Assembly (NCBI GenBank): GCA_964016885.1
Contig: OZ024755.1
Location: 32,178,001 to 32,242,000 of the forward strand
DNA from: Eledone cirrhosa
Lineage: Eukaryota
Reading direction: 5' to 3'
DNA length: 64,000 nucleotides
Positions within the stretch are counted from its first letter, which is position 1, and each line of letters starts with the position of its first letter. Below, in pieces: positions 43,301 to 59,100 of this stretch. Position numbers and translations under genes: made by a program. Under the pieces are notes generated by a model, which ran no database searches, was not told where the DNA came from, and was given only the letters and a program-made list of their open reading frames with translations.

Positions 43301-46300
43301 CTTTTCTAGCGAGGAGTTTTCTTATTTTTATATGTATTCAATCAACTGCACTCTCACTTCATCTTTATTGGCTGTTCTAGCGAGGAGTTTTCTTATTTTT
43401 ATATGTATTCAATCAACTGCACTCTCACTTCATCTTTAACGGCTGTTCTAGCGAGGTGCTTTCTTATTTTTGTATGTATTCAATCAACTGCACTCTCACT
43501 TCATCTTTAACGGCTGTTCTAGCGAGGTGCTTTCTTATTTTTGTATGTATTCAATCAACTGCACTCTCACTTCATCTTTAACGGCTGTTCTAGCGAGGTG
43601 TTTTCTTATTTTTATATGTATTCAATCAACTGCACTCTCACTTCATCTTTATTGGCTGTTCTAGCGAGGTGCTTTCTTATTTTTGTATGTATTCAATCAA
43701 CTGCACTCTCACTTCATCTTTAACGGCTGTTCTAGCGAGGTGTTTTCTTATTTTTATATGTATTCAATCAACTGCACTCTCACTTCATCTTTATTGGCTG
43801 TTCTAGTGAGTAGTTTTCTTATTTTTGTATGTATTCAATAAACTGCACTCTCACTTCATCATTATTGGCTGATCTAGCGAGGAGTTTTCTTATTTTTATA
43901 TGTATTCAATAAACTGCGCTCTCTCTTCATCTTTATTGGCTGTTCTAGCGAGGGGTTTTCTTATTTTCACATGTATTCAATCAACTGCACTCTCTCTTCA
44001 TCTTTATTGGCTGTTCTAGCGAGGGGTTTTCTTATTTTTATATCTATTCAATCAACTGCACTCTCACTTCATCTTTATTGGCTGTTCTAGCAATGTATTT
44101 TCTTATTTTTATATGTATTCAATCAACTGCACTCTCACTTCATCTTTATTGGCTGTTCTAGCGAGGAGTTCTCTTATTTTTATATGTATTCAATCAACTG
44201 CACTCTCACTTCATCTTTATTGGCCGTTCTAGCGAGGTATTTTCTTATTTTTATATGTATTCAATCAACTGCACTCTCACGTAATCTTTATTGGCTGTTC
44301 TAGCGAAGAGTTCTCTTATTTTTATATGTTTTCAATCAACTGCACTCTCACTTCATCTTTATTGGCTGTTCTAGCGAGGAGTTCTCTTATTTTTATATGT
44401 TTTCAATCAACTGCACTCTCACTTCATCTTTATTGGCTGTTCTAGCGAGGAGTTCTCTTATTTATATATGTATTCAATCAACTGCGCTCTCACTTCATCT
44501 TTATTGGCTGTTCTAGCGAGGTGTTTTCTTATTTTTATATGTATTCAATCAACTGCACTCTCACTTCATCTTTATTGGGTGTCCTAGCGAGGAGTTTTCT
44601 TATTTTTATATGTATTCAATCAACTGCACTCTCACTTCATCTTTATTGACTGTTCTAGCGATTAATTTTCTTATTTTTATATGTATTCAATCAATTGCAC
44701 TCTCACTTCATCTTTATTAGCTGTTCTAGAGAGGAGCTTTCTTATTTTTATATGTATTCAATCAATTGCACTCTCACTTCATCTTTATTGGCTGTTCTAG
44801 CGAGGAGTTTTCTTATTTTTATATGTATTCAATCAACTGCACTCTCACTTCATCTTTATTGGCTGTTCTAGCATTGAGTTTTCTTATTTTTATATGTATT
44901 CAATCAACTGCACTCTCACTTCATCTTTAACGGCTGTTCTAGCGAGGTGCTTTCTTATTTTTGTATGTATTCAATCAACTGCACTCTCACTTCATCTTTA
45001 ACGGCTGTTCTAGCGAGGTGTTTTCATATTTTTATATGTATTCAATCAACTGCACTCTCACTTCATCTTTATTGGCTGTTCTAGCGAGGTGCTTTCTTAT
45101 TTTTGTATGTATTCAATCAACTGCACTCTCACTTCATCTTTATTGGCTGTTCTAGCGATGTATTTTCTTATTTTTATATGTATTCAAAGAACTGCACTCT
45201 CACTTCATCTTTATTGGCTGTTCTAGCGATGTATTTTCTTATTTTTATATGTATTCAATCAACTGCACTCTCACTTCATCTTTATTGACTGTTCTAGCGA
45301 GGAGTTTTCTTATTTTTATATGTATTCAATCAACTGCACTCTCACTTCATCTTTATTGGCTGTTCTAGTTAGGAGTTTTCTTAATTTTATATGTAATCAA
45401 TCAACTGCACTCTCACTTCATCTTCATTGGCTGTTCTAGCGAGGAATTTTCTTATTTTTATATGTATTCAATCAACTGCACTCTCACTTCATCTTTATTG
45501 GCTGTTCTAGTCAGGAGTTTTCTTATTTCTATATGTATTCAATCAACTGCACTCTCACTTCATCTTTATTGGCTGTTCTAGCGAGGAGTTTTCTTATTTT
45601 TATATGTATTCAATCAACTGCACTCTCACTTCATCTTTATTGGCTATTCTAGAGAGATATTTTCTTATTTTTATATGTAATCAATCAACTGCACTCTCAC
45701 TTCATCTTTATTGGCTGTTCTAGCAAGGTATTTTCTTATTTTTATATGTATTCAATCAACTGCACTCTCACTTAATCATTATTGGCTGTTCTAGCGAGGT
45801 GTTTTCTTATTTTTATATGTATTCAATCAACTGCACTCTTACTTCATCTTTATTTGCTGTTCTAGAGAGGTGTTTCATTATTTTTATATCTATTCAATCA
45901 ACTGCACTCTCACTTCATCTTTATTGGCTGTTCTAGCGAGGAGTTTTCTTATTTTTATATGTATTCAATAAACTGCGCTCTCACTTTATCTTTATTGGCT
46001 GTTCTAGCGAGGTGTTTTCTTATTTTTATATGTATTCTATCAACTGCACTCTCACTTCATTTTCAACGGCTGTTTTAGCGATGAATTTTCTTATTTTTAT
46101 ATGTATTCCATCAACTGCACTCTCACTTCATCTTTATTGGCTGTTCTAGCGAGGAGTTTTCTTATTTTTATATGTATTCAATCAACTGCACTCTCACTTC
46201 ATCTTTATTGACTGTTCTAGCGATGAATTTTCTTATTTTTATATGTATTCAATCAATTGCACTCTCACTTAATCTTTATTGGCTGTTCTAGAGAGGAGCT

Positions 46301-49300
46301 TTCTTATTTTTATATGTATTCAATCAATTGCACTCTCACTTCATCTTTATTGGCTTTTCTAGCGAGGAGTTTTCTTATTTTTATATGTATTCAATCAACT
46401 GCACTCTCACTTCATCTTTAACGGCTGTTCTAGCGAGGTGCTTTCTTATTTTTGTATGTATTCAATCAACTGCACTCTCACTTCATCTTTAACGGCTGTT
46501 CTAGCGAGGTGCTTTCTTATTTTTGTATGTATTCAATCAACTGCACTCTCACTTCATCTTTAACGGCTGTTCTAGCGTGGTGTTTTCTTATTTTTATATG
46601 TATTCAATCAACTGCACTCTCACTTCATCTTTATTGGCTGTTCTAGCGAGGTGCTTTCTTATTTTTGTATGTATTCAATCAACTGCACTCTCACTTCATC
46701 TTTAACGGCTGTTCTAGCGAGGTGTTTTCTTATTTTTATATGTATTCAATCAACTGCACTCTCACTTCATCTTTATTGGCTGTTCTAGTGAGGAGTTTTC
46801 TTATTTTTATATGTATTCAATAAACTGCCCTCTCACTTCATCATTATTGGCTGTTCTAGCGAGGAGTTTTCTTATTTTTATATGTATTCAATAAACTGCG
46901 CTCTCTCTTCATCTTTATTGGCTGTTCTAGCGAGGGGTTTTCTTATTTTCACATGTATTCAATCAACTGCACTCTCTCTTCATCTTTATTGGTTGTTCTA
47001 GCGAGGAGTTTTCTTATTTTTATATCTATTCAATCAACTGCACTCTCACTTCATCTTTATTGGCTGTTCTAGCAATGTATTTTCTTATTTTTATATGTAT
47101 TCAATCAACTGCACTCTCACTTCATCTTTATTGGCTGTTCTAGCAATGTATTTTCTTATTTTTATATGTATTCAATAAACTGCACTCTCACTTCATCATT
47201 ATTGGCTGTTCTAGCGAGGAGTTTTCTTATTTTTATATGTATTCAATAAACTGCGCTCTCTCTTCATCTTTATTGGCTGTTCTAGCGAGGGGTTTTCTTA
47301 TTTTCATATGTATTCAATCAACTGCACTCTCTCTTCATCTTTATTGGCTGTTCTAGCGAGGAGTTTTCTTATTTTTATATCTATTCAATCAACTGCACTC
47401 TCACTTCATCTTTATTGGCTGTTCTAGCAATGTATTTTCTTATTTTTATATGTATTCAATCAACTGCACTCTCACTTCATCTTTATTGGCTGTTCTAGCG
47501 AGGAGTTCTCTTATTTTTATATGTATTCAATCAACTGCACTCTCACTTCATCTTTATTGGCCGTTCTAGCGAGGTATTTTCTTATTTTTATATGTATTCA
47601 ATCAACTGCACTCTCACTTCATCTTTATTGGCTGTTCTAGCGAGGAGTTCTCTTATTTTTATATGTTTTCAATCAACTGCACTCTCACTTCATCATTATT
47701 GGCTGTTCTAGCGAGGAGTTTTCTTATTTTTATATGTATTCAATAAACTGCGCTCTCTCTTCATCTTTATTGGCTGTTCTAGCGAGGGGTTTTCTTATTT
47801 TCATATGTATTCAATCAACTGCACTCTCTCTTCATCTTTATTGGCTGTTCTAGCGAGGAGTTTTCTTATTTTTATATCTATTCAATCAACTGCACTCTCA
47901 CTTCATCTTTATTGGCTGTTCTAGCAATGTATTTCCTTATTTTTATATGTATTCAATCAACTGCACTCTCACTTCATCTTTATTGGCTGTTCTAGCGAGG
48001 AGTTCTCTTATTTTTATATGTATTCAATCAACTGCACTCTCACTTCATCTTTATTGGCCGTTCTAGCGAGGTATTTTCTTATTTTTATATGTATTCAATC
48101 AACTGCACTCTCACTTCATCTTTATTGGCTGTTCTAGCGAGGAGTTCTCTTATTTTTATATGTTTTCAATCAACTGCACTCTCACTTCATCTTTATTGGC
48201 TGTTCTAGCGAGGAGTTCTCTTATTTATATATGTATTCAATCAACTGCACTCTCACTTCATCTTTATTGGCTGTTCTAGCGAGGAGTTCTCTTATTTTTA
48301 TATGTTTTCAATCAACTGCACTCTCACTTCATCTTTATTGACTGTTCTAGCGATGAATTTTCTTATTTTTATATGTATTCAATCAACTGCACTCTCACTT
48401 CATCTTTATTGGGTGTCCTAGCGAGGAGTTTTCTTATTTTTATATGTATTCAATCAACTGCACTCTCACTTCATCTTTATTGACTGTTCTAGCGATGAAT
48501 TTTCTTATTTTTATATGTATTCAATCAATTGCACTCTCACTTCATCTTTATTGGCTGTTCTAGAGAGGAGCTTTCTTATTTTTATATGTATTCAATCAAT
48601 TGCACTCTCACTTCATCTTTATTGGCTGTTCTAGCGAGGAGTTTTCTTATTTTTATATGTATTCATTCAACTGCACTCTCACTTCATCTTTATTGGCTGT
48701 TCTAGCATTGAGTTTTCTTATTTTTATATGTATTCAATCAACTGCACTCTCACTTCATCTTTAACGGCTGTTCTAGCGAGGTGCTTTCTTATTTTTATAT
48801 GTATTCAATCAACTGCACTCTCATTTCATCTTTATTGGCCGTTCTAGCGAGGTATTTTCTTATTTTTATATGTATTCAATCAACTGCACTCTCACTTCAT
48901 CTTTATTGGCTGTTCTAGCGAGGAGTTCTCTTATTTTTATATGTTTTCAATCAACTGCACTCTCACTTCATCTTTATTGGCCGTTCTAGCGAGGTATTTT
49001 CTTATTTTTATATGTATTCAATCAACTGCACTCTCACTTCATCTTTATTGGCTGTTCTAGCGAGGAGTTCTCTTATTTTTATATGTTTTCAATCAACTGC
49101 ACTCTCACTTCATCATTATTGGCTGTTCTAGCGAGGGGTTTTCTTATTTTCATATGTATTCAATCAACTGCACTCTCTCTTCATCTTTATTGGCTGTTCT
49201 AGCGAGGAGTTTTCTTATTTTTATATCTATTCAATCAACTGCACTCTCACTTCATCTTTATTGGCTGTTCTAGCAATGTATTTCCTTATTTTTATATGTA

Positions 49301-52300
49301 TTCAATCAACTGCACTCTCACTTCATCTTTATTGGCTGTTCTAGCGAGGAGTTCTCTTATTTTTATATGTTTTCAATCAACTGCACTCTCACTTCATCTT
49401 TATTGGCCGTTCTAGCGAGGTATTTTCTTATTTTTATATGTATTCAATCAACTGCACTCTCACTTCATCTTTATTGGCTGTTCTAGCGAGGAGTTCTCTT
49501 ATTTTTATATGTATTCAATCAACTGCACTCTCACTTCATCTTTATTGACTGTTCTAGCGATGAATTTTCTTATTTTTATATGTATTCAATCAATTGCACT
49601 CTCACTTCATCTTTATTGGCTGTTCTAGAGAGGAGCTTTCTTATTTTTATATGTATTCAATCAATTGCACTCTCACTTCATCTTTATTGGCTGTTCTAGC
49701 GAGGAGTTTTCTTATTTTTATATGTATTCATTCAACTGCACTCTCACTTCATCTTTATTGGCTGTTCTAGCATTGAGTTTTCTTATTTTTATATGTATTC
49801 AATCAACTGCACTCTCACTTCATCTTTAACGGCTGTTCTAGCGAGGTGCTTTCTTATTTTTATATGTATTCAATCAACTGCACTCTCATTTCATCTTTAT
49901 TGGCCGTTCTAGCGAGGTATTTTCTTATTTTTATATGTATTCAATCAACTGCACTCTCACTTCATCTTTATTGGCTGTTCTAGCGAGGAGTTCTCTTATT
50001 TTTATATGTTTTCAATCAACTGCACTCTCACTTCATCTTTATTGGCCGTTCTAGCGAGGTATTTTCTTATTTTTATATGTATTCAATCAACTGCACTCTC
50101 ACTTCATCTTTATTGGCTGTTCTAGCGAGGAGTTCTCTTATTTTTATATGTTTTCAATCAACTGCACTCTCACTTCATCATTATTGGCTGTTCTAGCGAG
50201 GGGTTTTCTTATTTTCATATGTATTCAATCAACTGCACTCTCTCTTCATCTTTATTGGCTGTTCTAGCGAGGAGTTTTCTTATTTTTATATCTATTCAAT
50301 CAACTGCACTCTCACTTCATCTTTATTGGCTGTTCTAGCAATGTATTTCCTTATTTTTATATGTATTCAATCAACTGCACTCTCACTTCATCTTTATTGG
50401 CTGTTCTAGCGAGGAGTTCTCTTATTTTTATATGTTTTCAATCAACTGCACTCTCACTTCATCTTTATTGGCCGTTCTAGCGAGGTATTTTCTTATTTTT
50501 ATATGTATTCAATCAACTGCACTCTCACTTCATCTTTATTGGCTGTTCTAGCGAGGAGTTCTCTTATTTTTATATGTTTTCAATCAACTGCACTCTCACT
50601 TCATCTTTATTGGCCGTTCTAGCGAGGTATTTTCTTATTTTTATATGTATTCAATCAACTGCACTCTCACTTCATCTTTATTGGCTGTTCTAGCGAGGAG
50701 TTCTCTTATTTTTATATGTTTTCAATCAACTGCACTCTCACTTCATCATTATTGGCTGTTCTAGCGAGGGGTTTTCTTATTTTCATATGTATTCAATCAA
50801 CTGCACTCTCTCTTCATCTTTATTGGCTGTTCTAGCGAGGAGTTTTCTTATTTTTATATCTATTCAATCAACTGCACTCTCACTTCATCTTTATTGGCTG
50901 TTCTAGCAATGTATTTCCTTATTTTTATATGTATTCAATCAACTGCACTCTCACTTCATCTTTATTGGCTGTTCTAGCGAGGAGTTCTCTTATTTTTATA
51001 TGTATTCAATCAACTGCACTCTCACTTCATCTTTATTGGCCGTTCTAGCGAGGTATTTTCTTATTTTTATATGTATTCAATCAACTGCACTCTCACTTCA
51101 TCTTTATTGGCTGTTCTAGCGAGGAGTTCTCTTATTTTTATATGTTTTCAATCAACTGCACTCTCACTTCATCTTTATTGGCTGTTCTAGCGAGGAGTTC
51201 TCTTATTTATATATGTATTCAATCAACTGCACTCTCACTTCATCTTTATTGGCTGTTCTAGCGAGGAGTTCTCTTATTTTTATATGTTTTCAATCAACTG
51301 CACTCTCACTTCATCTTTATTGACTGTTCTAGCGATGAATTTTCTTATTTTTATATGTATTCAATCAACTGCACTCTCACTTCATCTTTATTGGGTGTCC
51401 TAGCGAGGAGTTTTCTTATTTTTATATGTATTCAATCAACTGCACTCTCACTTCATCTTTATTGACTGTTCTAGCGATGAATTTTCTTATTTTTATATGT
51501 ATTCAATCAATTGCACTCTCACTTCATCTTTATTGGCTGTTCTAGAGAGGAGCTTTCTTATTTTTATATGTATTCAATCAATTGCACTCTCACTTCATCT
51601 TTATTGGCTGTTCTAGCGAGGAGTTTTCTTATTTTTATATGTATTCATTCAACTGCACTCTCACTTCATCTTTATTGGCTGTTCTAGCATTGAGTTTTCT
51701 TATTTTTATATGTATTCAATCAACTGCACTCTCACTTCATCTTTAACGGCTGTTCTAGCGAGGTGCTTTCTTATTTTTGTATGTATTCAATCAACTGCAC
51801 TCTCACTTCATCTTTAACGGCTGTTCTAGCGAGGTGCTTTCTTATTTTTGTATGTATTCAATCAACTGCACTCTCACTTCATCTTTAACGGCTGTTCTAG
51901 CGAGGTGCTTTCTTATTTTTGTATGTATTCAATCAACTGCACTCTCACTTCATCTTTAACGGCTGTTCTAGCGAGGTGTTTTCTTATTTTTATATGTATT
52001 CAATCAACTGCACTCTCACTTCATCTTTATTGGCTGTTCTAGCGAGGTGCTTTCTTATTTTTGTATGTATTCAATCAACTGCACTCTCACTTCATCTTTA
52101 TTGGCTGTTCTAGCGATGTATTTTCTTATTTTTATATGTATTCAATGAACTGCACTCTCACTTCATCTTTATTGGCTGTTCTAGCAATGTATTTTCTTAT
52201 TTTTATATGTATTCAATCAACTGCACTCTCACTTCATCTTTATTGGCTGTTCTAGCGAGGAGTTCTTTTATTTTTATATGTATTCAATCAACTGCACTCT

Positions 52301-55300
52301 CACTTCATCTTTATTGGCCGTTCTAGCGAGGTATTTTCTTATTTTTATATGTATTCAATCAACTGCACTCTCACTTCATCTTTATTGGCTGTTCTAGCGA
52401 GGAGTTCTCTTATTTTTATATGTTTTCAATCAACTGCACTCTCACTTCATCTTTATTGGCTGTTCTAGCGAGGAGTTCTCTTATTTATATACGTATTCAA
52501 TCAACTGCACTCTCACTTCATCTTTATTGGCTGTTCTAGCGAGGAGTTCTCTTATTTTTATATGTTTTCAATCAACTGCACTCTCACTTCATCTTTATTG
52601 ACTGTTCTAGCGATGAATTTTCTTATTTTTATATGTATTCAATCAACTGCACTCTCACTTCATCTTTATTGGGTGTCCTAGCGAGGAGTTTTCTTATTTT
52701 TATATGTATTCAATCAACTGCACTCTCACTTCATCTTTATTGACTGTTCTAGCGAGGAGTTTTCTTATTTTTATATGTATTCAATCAACTGCACTCTCAC
52801 TTCATCTTTATTGGCTGCTCTAGTTAGGAGTTTTCTTAATTTTATATGTAATCAATCAACTGCACTCTCACTTCATCTTTATTGGCTGTTCTAGCGAGGA
52901 GTTTTCTTATTTTTATATCTATTCAATCAACTGCACTCTCACTTCATCTTTATTGGCTGTTCTAGCAATGTATTTTCTTATTTTTTTATGTATTCAATCA
53001 ACTGCACTCTCACTTCATCTTTATTGGCTGTTCTAGCGAGGAGTTCTCTTATTTTTATATGTATTCAATCAACTGCACTCTCACTTCATCTTTATTGGCC
53101 GTTCTAGCGAGGTATTTTCTTATTTTTATATGTATTCAATCAACTGCACTCTCACTTCATCTTTATTGGCTGTTCTAGCGAGGAGTTCTCTTATTTTTAT
53201 ATGTTTTCAATCAACTGCACTCTCACTTCATCTTTATTGGCTGTTCTAGCGAGGAGTTCTCTTATTTATATATGTATTCAATGAACTGCACTCTCACTTC
53301 ATCTTTATTGGCTGTTCTAGCGAGGAGTTCTCTTATTTTTATATGTTTTCAATCAACTGCACTCTCACTTCATCTTTATTGGCTGTTCAAGCGAGGAGTT
53401 CTCTTATTTATATATGTATTCAATCAACTGCACTCTCACTTCATCTTTATTGGCTGTTCTAGCGAGGTGCTTTCTTATTTTTGTATGTATTCAATCAACT
53501 GCACTCTCACTTCATCTTTATTGGCTGTTCTAGCGATGTATTTTCTTATTTTTATATGTATTCAATGAACTGCACTCTCACTTCATCTTTATTGGCTGTT
53601 CTAGCGATGTATTTTCTTATTTTTATATGTATTCAATCAACTGCACTCTCACTTCATCTTTATTGACTGTTCTAGCGAGGAGTTTTCTTATTTTTATATG
53701 TATTCAATCAACTGCACTCTCACTTCATCTTTATTGGCTGCTCTAGTTAGGAGTTTTCTTAATTTTATATGTAATCAATCAACTGCACTCTCACTTCATC
53801 TTCATTGGCTGTTCTAGCGAGGAATTTTCTTATTTTTATATGTATTCAATCAACTGCACTCTCACTTCATCTTTATTGGCTGTTCTAGTCAGGAGTTTTC
53901 TTATTTCTATATGTATTCAATCAACTGCACTCTCACTTCATCTTTATTGGCTGTTCTAGCGAGGAGTTTTCTTATTTTTATATGTATTCAATCAACTGCA
54001 CTCTCACTTCATCTTTATTGGCTATTCTAGAGAGATATTTTCTTATTTTTATATGTAATCAATCAACTGCACTCTCACTTCATCTTTATTGGCTGTTCTA
54101 GCAAGGTATTTTCTTATTTTTATATGTATTCAATCAACTGCACTCTCACTTAATCATTATTGGCTGTTCTAGCGAGGTGTTTTCTTATTTTTATATGTAT
54201 TCAATCAACTGCACTCTTACTTCATCTTTATTTGCTGTTCTAGAGAGGTGTTTCATTATTTTTATATCTATTCAATCAACTGCACTCTCACTTCATCTTT
54301 ATTGGCTGTTCTAGCGAGGAGTTTTCTTATTTTTATATGTATTCAATAAACTGCGCTCTCACTTCATCTTTATTGGCTGTTCTAGCGAGGTGTTTTCTTA
54401 TTTTTATATGTATTCTATCAACTGCACTCTCACTTCATTTTCAACGGCTGTTTTAGCGATGAATTTTCTTATTTTTATATGTATTACATCAACTGCACTC
54501 TCACTTCATCTTTATTGGCTGTTCTAGCGAGGAGTTTTCTTATTTTTATATGTATTCAATCAACTGCACTCTCACTTCATCTTTATTGACTGTTCTAGCG
54601 ATGAATTTTCTTATTTTTATATGTATTCAATCAACTGCACTCTCACTTCATCTTTATTGGGTGTCCTAGCGAGGAGTTTTCTTATTTTTATATGTATTCA
54701 ATCAACTGCACTCTCACTTCATCTTTATTGACTGTTCTAGCGATGAATTTTCTTATTTTTATATGTATTGAATCAATTGCACTCTCACTTAATCTTTATT
54801 GGCTGTTCTAGAGAGGAGCTTTCTTATTTTTATATGTATTCAATCAATTGCACTCTCACTTCATCTTTATTGGCTTTTCTAGCGAGGAGTTTTCTTATTT
54901 TTATATGTATTCAATCAACTGCACTCTCACTTCATCTTTATTGGCTGTTCTAGCGAGGAGTTTTCTTATTTTTATATGTATTCAATCAACTGCACTCTCA
55001 CTTCATCTTTAACGGCTGTTCTAGCGAGGTGCTTTCTTATTTTTGTATGTATTCAATCAACTGCACTCTCACTTCATCTTTAACGGCTGTTCTAGCGAGG
55101 TGCTTTCTTATTTTTGTATGTATTCAATCAACTGCACTCTCACTTCATCTTTAACGGCTGTTCTAGCGAGGTGTTTTCTTATTTTTATATGTATTCAATC
55201 AACTGCACTCTCACTTCATCTTTATTGGCTGTTCTAGCGAGGTGCTTTCTTATTTTTGTATGTATTCAATCAACTGCACTCTCACTTCATCTTTAACGGC

Positions 55301-56118
55301 TGTTCTAGCGAGGTGTTTTCTTATTTTTATATGTATTCAATCAACTGCACTCTCACTTCATCTTTATTGGCTGTTCTAGTGAGTAGTTTTCTTATTTTTG
55401 TATGTATTCAATAAACTGCACTCTCACTTCATCATTATTGGCTGATCTAGCGAGGAGTTTTCTTATTTTTATATGTATTCAATAAACTGCGCTCTCTCTT
55501 CATCTTTATTGGCTGTTCTAGCGAGGGGTTTTCTTATTTTCACATGTATTCAATCAACTGCACTCTCTCTTCATCTTTATTGGCTGTTCTAGCGAGGGGT
55601 TTTCTTATTTTTATATCTATTCAATCAACTGCACTCTCACTTCATCTTTATTGGCTGTTCTAGCAATGTATTTTCTTATTTTTATATGTATTCAATCAAC
55701 TGCACTCTCACTTCATCTTTATTGGCTGTTCTAGCGAGGAGTTCTCTTATTTTTATATGTATTCAATCAACTGCACTCTCACTTCATCTTTATTGGCCGT
55801 TCTAGCGAGGTATTTTCTTATTTTTATATGTATTCAATCAACTGCACTCTCACGTAATCTTTATTGGCTGTTCTAGCGAGGAGTTCTCTTATTTTTATAT
55901 GTTTTCAATCAACTGCACTCTCACTTCATCTTTATTGGCTGTTCTAGCGAGGAGTTCTCTTATTTTTATATGTTTTCAATCAACTGCACTCTCACTTCAT
56001 CTTTATTGGCTGTTCTAGCGAGGAGTTCTCTTATTTATATATGTATTCAATCAACTGCGCTCTCACTTCATCTTTATTGGCTGTTCTAGCGAGGTGTTTT
56101 CTTATTTTTATATGTATT
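34400..56118 (+). repeat. ~10-11.5-kb tandem duplication (copy 1 ~34400-44545, copy 2 ~44550-56118)
   Basis: Variant series recur at offsets 10153 (143x71), 10082 (142x71), 13135 (185x71) and 11573 (163x71). Confidence 0.85.
40320..43480 (+). repeat. 22-monomer higher-order repeat, 2 copies (1562 bp)
   Basis: Rare variant CACTGAACTGCAGTCTC at 40428/41990. ORF pairs 40346/41908 and 41633/43195. 1562 = 22x71. Confidence 0.9.
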
Positions 56119-59100
56119 CTATCAACTGCACTCTCACTTCATTTTCAACGGCTGTTTTAGCGATGAATTTTCTTATTTTTATATGTAATCAATCAACTGC
56201 ACTCTCACTTCATCTTTAACGGCTGTTCTAGCGAGGTGTTTTCTTATTTTTATATGTATTCACTCAACTGCACTCTCACTTCATCATTATTGGCTGTTCT
56301 AGCGAAGAGTTTTCTTATTTTTATATGTATTCCATCAACTGCACTCTCACTTCATCTTTATTGGCTGTTCTAGCGAGGAGTTTTCTTATTTTTATATGTA
56401 TTCAATCAACTGCACTCTCACTTCATCTTTATTGACTGTTCTAGCGATGAATTTTCTTATTTTTATATGTATTCAATCAACTGCACTCTCACTTCATCTT
56501 TATTGGGTGTCCTAGCGAGGAGTTTTCTTATTTTTATATGTATTCAATCAACTGCACTCTCACTTCATCTTTATTGACTGTTCTAGCGATGAATTTTCTT
56601 ATTTTTATATGCATTCAATCAATTGCACTCTCACTTCATCTTTATTGGCTGTTCTAGAGAGGAGCTTTCTTATTTTTATATGTATTCAATCAATTGCACT
56701 CTCACTTCATCTTTATTGGCTGTTCTAGCGAGGAGTTTTCTTATTTTTATATGTATTCAATCAACTGCACTCTCACTTCATCTTTATTGGCTGTTCTAGC
56801 GAGGAGTTTTCTTATTTTTATATGTATTCAATCAACTGCACTCTCACTTCATCTTTAACGGCTGTTCTAGCGAGGTGCTTTCTTATTTTTGTATGTATTC
56901 AATCAACTGCACTCTCACTTCATCTTTAACGGCTGTTCTAGCGAGGTGCTTTCTTATTTTTGTATGTATTCAATCAACTGCACTCTCACTTCATCTTTAA
57001 CGGCTGTTCTAGCGAGGTGTTTTCTTATTTTTATATGTATTCAATCAACTGCACTCTCACTTCATCTTTATTGGCTGTTCTAGCGAGGTGCTTTCTTATT
57101 TTTGTATGTATTCAATCAACTGCACTCTCACTTCATCTTTAACGGCTGTTCTAGCGAGGTGCTTTCTTATTTTCATATGTATTCAATCAACTGCACTCTC
57201 ACTTCATCTTTAACGGCTGTTCTAGCGAGGTGTTTTCTTATTTTTATATGTATTCAATCAACTGCACTCTCACTTCATCTTTATTGGCTGTTCTAGCGAG
57301 GAGTTTTCTTATTTTTATAAGTATTCAATAAACTGCACTCTCACTTCATCATTATTGGCTGTTCTAGCGAGGAGTTTTCTTATTTTTATATGTATTCAAT
57401 AAACTGCGCTCTCTCTTCATCTTTATTGGCTGTTCTAGCAAGGGGTTTTCTTATTTTCATATGTATTCAATCAACTGCACTCTCTCTTCATCTTTATTGG
57501 CTGTTCTAGCGAGGAGTTTTCTTATTTTTATATCTATTCAATCAACTGCACTCTCACTTCATCTTTATTGGCTGTTCTAGCAATGTATTTTCTTATTTTT
57601 ATATGTATTCTATCAACTGCACTCTCACTTCATCTTTATTGGCTGTTCTAGCGAGGAGTTCTCTTATTTTTATATGTATTCAATCAACTGCACTCTCACT
57701 TCATCTTTATTGGCCGTTCTAGCGAGGTATTTTCTTATTTTTATATGTATTCAATCAACTGCACTCTCACTTCATCTTTATTGGCTGTTCTAGCGAGGAG
57801 TTCTCTTATTTTTATATGTTTTCAATCAACTGCACTCTCACTTCATCTTTATTGGCTGTTCTAGCGAGGAGTTCTCTTATTTATATATGTATTCAATGAA
57901 CTGCACTCTCACTTCATCTTTATTGGCTGTTCTAGCGAGGAGTTCTCTTATTTTTATATGTTTTCAATCAACTGCACTCTCACTTCATCTTTATTGGCTG
58001 TTCAAGCGAGGAGTTCTCTTATTTATATATGTATTCAATCAACTGCACTCTCACTTCATCTTTATTGGCTGTTCTAGCGAGGAGTTTTCTTATTTTTATA
58101 TGTTTTCAATCAACTGCACTCTCACTTCATCTTTATTGGCTGTTCTAGCGAGGTATTTTCTTATTTTTATATTTATTCTATCAACTGAACTCTCACTTCA
58201 TCTTTATTGGCTGTTCTAGCAAGGAGTTTTCTTATTTTTATATGTATTCAATCAACTGCACTCTCACTTCATCTTTATTGGGTGTTCTAGCGAGGAGTTC
58301 TCTTATTTATATATGTATTCAATCAACTGCACTCTCACTTCATCTTTATTGGCTGTTCTAGCAAGGAGTTTTCTTATTTTTATATGTATTCAATCAACTG
58401 CACTCTCACTTCATCTCTATTGGCTGTTCTAGCGAGGAGTTTTCTTATTTTTATATGTTTTCAATCAACTGCACTCTCACTTCATCTTTATTGGCTGTTC
58501 TAGCGAGGAGTTTTCTTATTTTTATATTTATTCTATCAACTGAACTCTCACTTCATCTTTATTGGCTGTTCTAGCGAGGAGTTCTCTTATTTATATATGT
58601 ATTCAATCAACTGCACTCTGACTTCATCTTTATTGGCTGTTCTAGCGAGGAGTTTTCTTATTTTTATATGTATTCAATCAACTGCACTCTCACTTCATCT
58701 TTATTGGCTGTTCTAGCGAGGAGTTTTCTTATTTTTATATGTTTTCAATCAACTGCACTCTTACTTCATCTTTATTGGCTGTTCTAGCGAGGAGTTTTCT
58801 TATTTTTATATTTATTCTATCAACTGAACTCTCACTTCATCTTTATTGGCTGTTCTAGCAAGGAGTTTTCTTATTTTTATATGTGTTCAATCAACTGCAC
58901 TCTCACTTCATCTTTATTGGCTGTTCTAGCGAGGAGTTCTCTTATTTATATATGTATTCAATCAACTGCACTCTCACTTCATCTTTATTGGCTGTTCTAG
59001 CAAGGAGTTTTCTTATTTTTATATGTATTCAATCAACTGCACTCTCACTTCATCTTTATTGGCTGTTCTAGTGAGGAGTTTTCTTATTTTTATATGTATT

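Noticed and set aside
58-59071. Dozens of 60-130 aa ORFs (MYSINCTLTSSLLAVLAR... etc.)
   Set aside because: They are translations of the satellite. 71 is not a multiple of 3, so reading cycles through all three frames and only extends where the TAG in TTCTAG is mutated or skipped.
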